Positions 57,426 through 64,000 of a stretch of 64,000 nt of DNA are shown here, in pieces (positions within the stretch are counted from its first letter, which is position 1; every line of letters starts with the position of its first letter). Source of the DNA: a virus (taxonomy: Duplodnaviria; Caudoviricetes). The notes under the pieces are model-generated. The model ran no database searches and was not told the DNA's origin. It saw only the letters and a list, made by a program, of their open reading frames with translations. Both the position numbers and the translations under genes were made by a program. The stretch is from IMG/VR virus record IMGVR_UViG_3300021255_000131, positions 32,001 through 96,000 of that record. One strand, given 5' to 3'.

Positions 57426-57545
57426 TTATTTCATTTGTCTGGGCCAATGCAGCTTAATCAAGCTGCACAGCATCCATTCGACGAACATGATAAAGCTACC
57501 AATTGTTCCGACGACTGAAATAAAATTCCAGAAGACTTCACTCAT
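57426..57545 (-). CDS. 39-aa hydrophobic peptide, candidate type I toxin
   Basis: Not in ORF track. AAAGGAGG SD; MSEVFWNFISVVGTIGSFIMFVEWMLCSLIKLHWPRQMK. Confidence 0.6.
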   Translation of the reverse strand: MSEVFWNFISVVGTIGSFIMFVEWMLCSLIKLHWPRQMK

Positions 57546-57645
57546 GGCGATCGCCTCCTTTCTTTTGCTAATTCGGGAACGCGGGGGAAGGAGACGGTCT
57601 GCTCTCGCGTTCTCATTCTATCACAACAAAGAAAGGAAAACAATT

Positions 57646-58083
57646 ATGAATTATTTTGATATTGTTAATCAGGCTATTGAGCTTGTTGTCGTCGATGCCG
57701 GCAACGGCCTGTATTTTCTCGAACCTCGATATAAAGAAGTCCTGCGTGAAGCAGGACTGACGGAGCACGAAGAATCTATTGATCCCGAAGAGCTGTTTGA
57801 AGTTGTCAGGCTTGAAGTTGAAAAACGTAACACGCTTGGCAATCAGATGAACGTTATTGCCGCTTGGGTCGCGGAGACAATCACTACAGTAATTGAGCCT
57901 GCTATTGCTCAGGAGCAGAACGAACTGATGAAGAATATGCTTGCCTATCTCGAACGCGACAAAGAAGTCAAAGAGAAGGAAGCCGAACTTGAAGAAAAAG
58001 AAAAGGAATTAGACGTCAAGGAGAATGTCGGCAAGATTGTGCCGATGGGGATTAACCTGTCAAAGCGTAGGGCAGAGGAATAA
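57646..58083 (+). CDS. hypothetical coiled-coil protein
   Basis: GAAAGGA before ATG 57646. Confidence 0.65.
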   Translation: MNYFDIVNQAIELVVVDAGNGLYFLEPRYKEVLREAGLTEHEESIDPEELFEVVRLEVEKRNTLGNQMNVIAAWVAETITTVIEPAIAQEQNELMKNMLAYLERDKEVKEKEAELEEKEKELDVKENVGKIVPMGINLSKRRAEE

Positions 58084-58087
58084 AACA

Positions 58088-58414
58088 TCAGAACGGATAC
58101 TCTTCGCCGGCTTCTTTTTCAAAAGCAGCTTTGATTGGATGATCGTTGCCGTCGAAGAATTCAGGATACAAGACATGAGGTCTCATATTCCGGTTGGCGG
58201 CCATCAAATGCTTAGCAACGTTTAACTTGACAGCGCAGGGATCTGTAATGCCTAAACGCTCGCCGTAGACCCATTCTAACTTTTGAAGAAATTCTTTTAG
58301 AAGAATCGCAGGATCATCCTGAACTTTAGGAACATCGTGGGTTGCAAAATACTTTTCTTCATCGAAGCTGTCGATCATGTGCATGATGTCCGCCTGGTCG
58401 TCGTTGTAATTCAT
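58088..58414 (-). CDS. hypothetical moron protein ending EEYPF
   Basis: GGAGGTG SD; antisense to late operon. Confidence 0.65.
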   Translation of the reverse strand: MNYNDDQADIMHMIDSFDEEKYFATHDVPKVQDDPAILLKEFLQKLEWVYGERLGITDPCAVKLNVAKHLMAANRNMRPHVLYPEFFDGNDHPIKAAFEKEAGEEYPF

Positions 58415-58439
58415 AGGGCACCTCCATGTTTAATACGTT

Positions 58440-58928
58440 TTATATCATAAGGAACAAAGTATATGATTTCATTTTATCATCCAAACAATTCGTAATCCAG
58501 TTTGTGTAGTCGTGCACGCCAGTAGCTAAAGCGCTGTATAAAGTAACAGCGGCTGCTTTATCATAGATTCTACCATCTGGCAAGAAATAACTGTGTTCGC
58601 AAACCCAGAACGGGCTGTAAGATCTGTTTGCATGATTATAGTCGGCACACAGATAAAATAGATTACTATGGTAATTACCAAAATCATATATGATTTCCAT
58701 TCGCGCCAATACAACAAAATGATAGCTCGCATTACTACTTTTGTTTTCGTAATCGACGGGAAAACTACGACCAGGTGTAAGCGTTAAGTTTTTGTAGACA
58801 ACCTTATTCTTTGAGTCGAAGGTTTGAGCCATTCTGTTATAATCGTTTTCAATTAAACGCATATAAGTAGGATCAGATAGTGTAAACATGTAAGCATCGT
58901 TTAAACAGTCAAACAACCTCTGTTCCAT
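58440..58928 (-). CDS. hypothetical moron protein
   Basis: Own promoter TTGACT-17-TAGACT (58984-58956), AAGGAGGTG SD, AT-rich. Confidence 0.7.
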   Translation of the reverse strand: MEQRLFDCLNDAYMFTLSDPTYMRLIENDYNRMAQTFDSKNKVVYKNLTLTPGRSFPVDYENKSSNASYHFVVLARMEIIYDFGNYHSNLFYLCADYNHANRSYSPFWVCEHSYFLPDGRIYDKAAAVTLYSALATGVHDYTNWITNCLDDKMKSYTLFLMI

Positions 58929-59011
58929 AATGCACCTCCTTATGTAGGTGCATTAAGTCTACCACACCGGAATTATAAAGTCAAACAAAATAAGCAAAAG
59001 GAGGAAAACAC

Positions 59012-62000
59012 ATGGCAGACGAAATTGAACTATCAGTACATATAGACAATCAACAAGCACTTATGTCGTTGACAGAATTAGAAGTCAAAGCCGGTGAGAT
59101 GAGTGAAAGTGTTCAGCAAATGCAATCTGGTATGACAACGCAGCTTCCCGGTTATGCTGAAGGTATGGCGTTTCAGTATTCTCAATTTCAAGACAACCTG
59201 CAACGACTCATCGACTTAAGGCGAAGTATAGATACTGCATCCAGCAGTTTCGATGCAGATCGTTTGACAGAATCATTTACAAGGTCTTTAAAAACTATCG
59301 AAAACGTTTATAAAGATTTTACCGAAAACTTTCAATTTTCCAAAACGATTGAAAGCAATCTGTCAGGCATGGGAGACGCTGTTAAGAACAATCTTCTTTC
59401 GTCTCTCAGAGAATTACAACCTGAATTGATTGGTGAACTACGGAAATTCGCAGCTTCGGCAACGCAGGCAGTCGGAGCACAAACAGATAAAAGCTTATTG
59501 AATATGTTTGCCGGCAGCGACGCATTTAAGAGACTACAGAGACAATTAACACAACGTACTTCTGCTTTTGGCGGTTCTGACGACAGCTCTCTGCATAATC
59601 TTCAAACTCTTGCAAAATTAAGTATGCCATTTGCTGTCGCTCAGTATAACAGACAACAAATCGTTGACTGGTTTGATAAGACCAATGCTCCCGAAACTTT
59701 TAGACAAATGCTTCCTAAAAGCTTTCAGACGATTCCGGCTTACCTTAAAAATACTCAACTCAGACAACGCGGGAGCAATGCTGCAGAAAACAGGCATTTG
59801 ACAAACGATGAGAAGAAGGCTTTAGAAAGTATTATAACATCTGATTCGTTTGCCCTTGATGCCGCAGTTTCTCAGGGTATCGCCAGAAAGCATAACGGAC
59901 GTATTTTTCTAAACGAATATACAACCAGAGAAATGATTAACGCTATGGCCGGACGTGTCATGCACGACATCGTCAACGGCGCTCAGGGCGAAGCGCGTTA
60001 TGGAATTACTGATGTTGAAGATCCAGATGTCTTTTATAAGATCATTCGCAAAAACAATAAGATGCTGACTGGCAGTTTACAAACTGCCAGAGTGATGAAC
60101 GATCGTTTTGGATCATGGTTGAATCCCGGATATTATGAAGCGTCTAAAGGTCGGTTTTCTGAAGGCGGCAAAGATTTAGGCACCGTTCGATTCGCACCGA
60201 GAATCGATACGCGCGCTTTTGCTGAATATACGCTCGATGAAATGAAACACGGCGCACAGTTCGACGGGCAACCAGTGACGGAAGAAGGAAGACCAGTCAG
60301 GCCAGAAGACTACCATCAGATCACATTGCGAGACAGTATTCATCACAGAAAATTACGCGCAACGCAGGCCGGTGACAATGTTGAACATAATGGTTTCAGC
60401 AGAAACGCTATCTACTTAAAAACTCCAGAAGAAGCTTACGATTATGAAACTTCACCTGAAAGATTAAAAGAAATAGAAAAAGATTTAGCCGAAAGAATTG
60501 AAAATGGTTATACTGTCAATGGCAGACATTATTCATACGTCAGGCACAATGCAACTCATGCCGAATTTGTTCTCGACGATATTATCAAAGAATTAGGCGG
60601 CGGGGATTTTGAAAAAGGCAGAAACGTATTTTTAAACGGTGCGCAAAGACGATATACGGATCCTGTCAAATTTCATAAGGCGTTAGATTATCAAAATAAG
60701 ACAGCTACCGACTCTCAAAGGATTGCTGACTTATATGGATCAGACTTACGTGGCGCAAAAGTAGTTGTGTCTAACCTTAAAGAGCTCGGTATGGACGGCT
60801 TCAATTTAATAAGTGATGAAATTGTTCCGGCCAGCTTTCAAGGCAGAGAAAATGAGGCAGCCGAAAAAGCTACATATGTTAAGTTCAATATGGCCGGCTT
60901 ACGAAAACTTTATAAAGATAAAATTGATAGTCAAGGCAATCTTGTTATCCCTAAAGCTGCGCCTGGCGGACAAGATTTAGTTATCGGGCCGGATGTTACA
61001 ATGATAGAAGACCAGGCCAACATAAAAAACTTTGATAGCCTGTATCGTGACAAAAAAGGAAATCTATTACCTCTTGAAGCAATTAATGCCGCCAGAAGCC
61101 AAGTTATGCAGCGCGGGGATCTTTCAGCCAAAGTAACATATGAAGGCGCTAATACTGAAAAAAGATGGTTGTCTCATCAGATGGTTCAGACTTTAGGTCC
61201 TGTTTTTACTCCTGAACTTCGGAAATACTTTATGCAAAATGTTTTCGATGAATTAGCTTCGCTTGGTGACGACGAAACTGTACGTAGGAAATTATTTGGC
61301 GGGCAAAATATTGATTTAAATTCTCCTGCTGCTCAGCAGACTATACAGGATTACAGAGATTCTATTTTTGAAAGAATATCTCAAGGTGACCTTTTGGGTC
61401 CTGAAGGCGGTATTCAATACGGAATGGCTGCGCCGTGGGTTCCCAGCATCGTCAACAAAGCATTGAAGCGTGCTGGAGTTTCGCTAACAAAAGAGCAGGA
61501 AAACGCTGCAATCGACGAAAACAACGTTTTATTCATGAACATGCTTGCCGATACGCTGGGCATTGTTCGCGCTCCGTATTCAGCAGAAGGCAACATTGTC
61601 GCCGGTAATGAAGCAGTAAAAGATAATTTTAAAGCATTGGTAAAAACGCTGGGCCTTGACCCGAATGGTTTATATATGGCGCCTGGCGCTCCAATGCTCA
61701 GCTTTATGCAAACAGAAGACTTTGACGGCGACATTAATGCTATCATGGACTTAAGCGGCCAAGGCGTTAGCCGGAATAATCCACGCTTTGCTGCCGCCAT
61801 GAATAAGCTAATGACAGACGCTCAAGCGTGGTACCAAAAAAACATTGTCGAAAGATCCGGCAGAACACAAGAAGAGCAAGAAGCATTAAAAGCTCAACGT
61901 ACCATTCAAGCTGCTAATCAGCCTGGTGCCGTGTTCGACATGTTTGATAGTAAAACCAACGCACACGAAATCATTGAAGGCGCGCAAGCCGGGCAAAAGA

Positions 62001-64000
62001 TGGGATTAGCCAACGCTGTTGACCGTAATGCATGGCAGTATGGTGTATCTCAACGTGTCGCAAGAGCTCACCGAGATTCAGCGTCTCACTATGACGCTGT
62101 TTCTACGTTTTTAAAAGAAAGAAACAATTTTGATTTAACTGAAGACGAACGAAAAATTCTCTCTGGCGGCGCTCCATTTGCGGCTATGTTTAAGTGGATA
62201 AACGATGCTTTAGAAGATGTAGATGGCAATCGGATGTGGACAGAAAACAGTCAAGCGCAATTCAATAAACATAATATTGATAAAGTGAATCTTCCCAGCC
62301 AGAAGCAAGGAGATATTCAAGCAGCTTTATATACAAGGTTTTTAGCCCATAAACAGGGCTTTGATATTAACGGCAAACTGAATTTAGATGAAATATTTGC
62401 TAAGTTACCTGAAGTAGATTTAAACACAGCTACCGGCAGAATGACTCAGCAGTTAAGAAATATACGGCGCGACATGGGCAAAGGTCTATATGTGGCTTTG
62501 TCTGATTCATTGGCCGAAGAAACAAAACTGATGAGTACAATGGCTTATAATGAGATCACAAGAGACGTTAATCAAGACAGTCGTTTTGTTACTACGAGCG
62601 ATAAAAACAAGGAAATTGCAAGACGGTTCAGAGAAGCTGGCGGAGAAGTAGCGAAAAACATAGATCAATTTGTTGTTACAGAATCTATTGCACGTGGTAA
62701 CCAAGATTTAAGAAATGAGTTAAAACAGCTTTCTGATTTATCTGGTCAACACTCTGTTTTTGGCACGAGCTATGGAATAACATTTAAAGAACCAGAAAAA
62801 GTCATTGAGCAGAACAAGCGAGAATTAGAAAGAATTGATAAAGAGAATCAAGAAAAACAACGTCGTGTTGATGAAATAAAAGCTAAACAGGCTGGCAATG
62901 GCCGCAGGCTTATTTCCGATACGGAATATATGATATATGATCCAAATATATCTAAAGAACAAAATATCAAAGAGCGAACTGAACATTTTAAAAAACAAGG
63001 TCTTTCTCAAGAAGCAATTGATAAAGATGCAAAAGCTGTTTCAGACTTGTATGATGCTATTGAATCAGGACAAATAATTGTAGATGACGGAAAGAATTCT
63101 AAGTTCAAGGTTAAAAACAATGGACAATGGGTCAACTTAGCCAATGAAGAGGTTGAAGAGCTCAAGCAATTAAAAACATTAACAACAGAGATCGGTGATA
63201 ACGACGAAAGAAAAGCAGCTATCGAACAGAATATTGATTTGGCCGAAAATCAGATTTCAGCAGCTTATAATTTTATAAAAGCACAAGAGAGGTTTAATGG
63301 CATACGGTCTAACGTTGGACAATTTACTTCAGGCCTCTATTCTTCTATTGCGAAAAAAGAAAATGAATTAGAAGGATTAAGCAAAGCGGATATATATTAT
63401 AACGATAAATGGAATATGGCTAATCGTCTTAGCAAAGAGTTGGACGCTTTTAGAGAATCGCAAGAATTTGCAGCGTTGAGTACGGACGATCAAGATACCA
63501 TTAATCGCTGGCTTTCCAAAGACAATGGTTTGTTTGCTTTAGTGGATAAAGATTTAGCAGAAACAACAGCGTTCAAGACTAAGAGAACGCTGGAGCAATA
63601 TCAAAAAAAGAATGTAAAGCATAATGGGAACGCTGCGATATTAAAAGATCGTTTTGAGGCATACGATAAGGATATAGAAAATTTAATAGGATATAGAGAT
63701 CTGTTAGAGGAACGTTTAGCTGCTGGCGGATTTGACGATAAAACAAGGGATCTGTTTGAAAAGCGATTGGTAGAATCAAATAAAAATATCACATCTGCGC
63801 AGGGCGAAGTTGGGCGACTGAAAGTTTCTGAAGCCACCGAAACATTAGATAAAATAAAAAACACTGTAATTAATGACCCATTTCAAAAACTAAAGCAAGG
63901 TGCTGCTGAAGCTAAGGTTCAAGTATCAGCTTTGGTTGATGTTCTTGCAAAAGTATACAAAGATCAAGGTTTAAATGATGCAGAAATAGAAAAGAAAATG
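59012..64000 (+). CDS. giant protein at tape-measure position containing a third YonO-like RNA polymerase domain (runs off right edge)
   Basis: Not in ORF track (no stop in window). AAAGGAGG + ATG 59012; in-frame GMDGF...FQGR...K (60794-), LSHQMVQTL (61169-), IVRAPY (61568), EDFDGD (61718-61732); helical flanks. Confidence 0.8.
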   Translation, partial: MADEIELSVHIDNQQALMSLTELEVKAGEMSESVQQMQSGMTTQLPGYAEGMAFQYSQFQDNLQRLIDLRRSIDTASSSFDADRLTESFTRSLKTIENVYKDFTENFQFSKTIESNLSGMGDAVKNNLLSSLRELQPELIGELRKFAASATQAVGAQTDKSLLNMFAGSDAFKRLQRQLTQRTSAFGGSDDSSLHNLQTLAKLSMPFAVAQYNRQQIVDWFDKTNAPETFRQMLPKSFQTIPAYLKNTQLRQRGSNAAENRHLTNDEKKALESIITSDSFALDAAVSQGIARKHNGRIFLNEYTTREMINAMAGRVMHDIVNGAQGEARYGITDVEDPDVFYKIIRKNNKMLTGSLQTARVMNDRFGSWLNPGYYEASKGRFSEGGKDLGTVRFAPRIDTRAFAEYTLDEMKHGAQFDGQPVTEEGRPVRPEDYHQITLRDSIHHRKLRATQAGDNVEHNGFSRNAIYLKTPEEAYDYETSPERLKEIEKDLAERIENGYTVNGRHYSYVRHNATHAEFVLDDIIKELGGGDFEKGRNVFLNGAQRRYTDPVKFHKALDYQNKTATDSQRIADLYGSDLRGAKVVVSNLKELGMDGFNLISDEIVPASFQGRENEAAEKATYVKFNMAGLRKLYKDKIDSQGNLVIPKAAPGGQDLVIGPDVTMIEDQANIKNFDSLYRDKKGNLLPLEAINAARSQVMQRGDLSAKVTYEGANTEKRWLSHQMVQTLGPVFTPELRKYFMQNVFDELASLGDDETVRRKLFGGQNIDLNSPAAQQTIQDYRDSIFERISQGDLLGPEGGIQYGMAAPWVPSIVNKALKRAGVSLTKEQENAAIDENNVLFMNMLADTLGIVRAPYSAEGNIVAGNEAVKDNFKALVKTLGLDPNGLYMAPGAPMLSFMQTEDFDGDINAIMDLSGQGVSRNNPRFAAAMNKLMTDAQAWYQKNIVERSGRTQEEQEALKAQRTIQAANQPGAVFDMFDSKTNAHEIIEGAQAGQKMGLANAVDRNAWQYGVSQRVARAHRDSASHYDAVSTFLKERNNFDLTEDERKILSGGAPFAAMFKWINDALEDVDGNRMWTENSQAQFNKHNIDKVNLPSQKQGDIQAALYTRFLAHKQGFDINGKLNLDEIFAKLPEVDLNTATGRMTQQLRNIRRDMGKGLYVALSDSLAEETKLMSTMAYNEITRDVNQDSRFVTTSDKNKEIARRFREAGGEVAKNIDQFVVTESIARGNQDLRNELKQLSDLSGQHSVFGTSYGITFKEPEKVIEQNKRELERIDKENQEKQRRVDEIKAKQAGNGRRLISDTEYMIYDPNISKEQNIKERTEHFKKQGLSQEAIDKDAKAVSDLYDAIESGQIIVDDGKNSKFKVKNNGQWVNLANEEVEELKQLKTLTTEIGDNDERKAAIEQNIDLAENQISAAYNFIKAQERFNGIRSNVGQFTSGLYSSIAKKENELEGLSKADIYYNDKWNMANRLSKELDAFRESQEFAALSTDDQDTINRWLSKDNGLFALVDKDLAETTAFKTKRTLEQYQKKNVKHNGNAAILKDRFEAYDKDIENLIGYRDLLEERLAAGGFDDKTRDLFEKRLVESNKNITSAQGEVGRLKVSEATETLDKIKNTVINDPFQKLKQGAAEAKVQVSALVDVLAKVYKDQGLNDAEIEKKM

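Overview
A 64-kb segment of a large tailed (siphovirus-type) phage or prophage, probably of an anaerobic Bacillota/Clostridia host (inferred from long AAGGAGG SD sites, sigmaA promoters, class III RNR, ThyX). The left arm (1-40.5 kb, minus strand) carries nucleotide metabolism, replication and recombination genes (RNA ligase, ClpP, PhoH, RuvC, NrdDG, ThyX, DnaE, primase-helicase, two SSBs, Sak-like recombinase, RNase H), a tRNA cluster and early genes. The right arm (41.2-64 kb, plus strand) is the morphogenesis operon: terminase (split by a 2-nt duplication), portal, protease/scaffold, capsid, head-tail proteins, a tail tube gene with two group I introns, a frameshifting tail chaperone pair and a giant ORF running off the window. 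Two candidate novel systems stand out. (1) A coupled operon of ubiquitin-like protein, E2-like, JAB peptidase, E1/ThiF, retron-type RT and a downstream msr/msd-like ncRNA, leading into an RNA polymerase gene. (2) Three YonO-like single-chain RNA polymerases with intact DxDGD motifs, one embedded in the giant protein at the tape-measure position, together with two families of repeated candidate phage promoter elements. All calls come from reading motifs by eye; no database searches were run.
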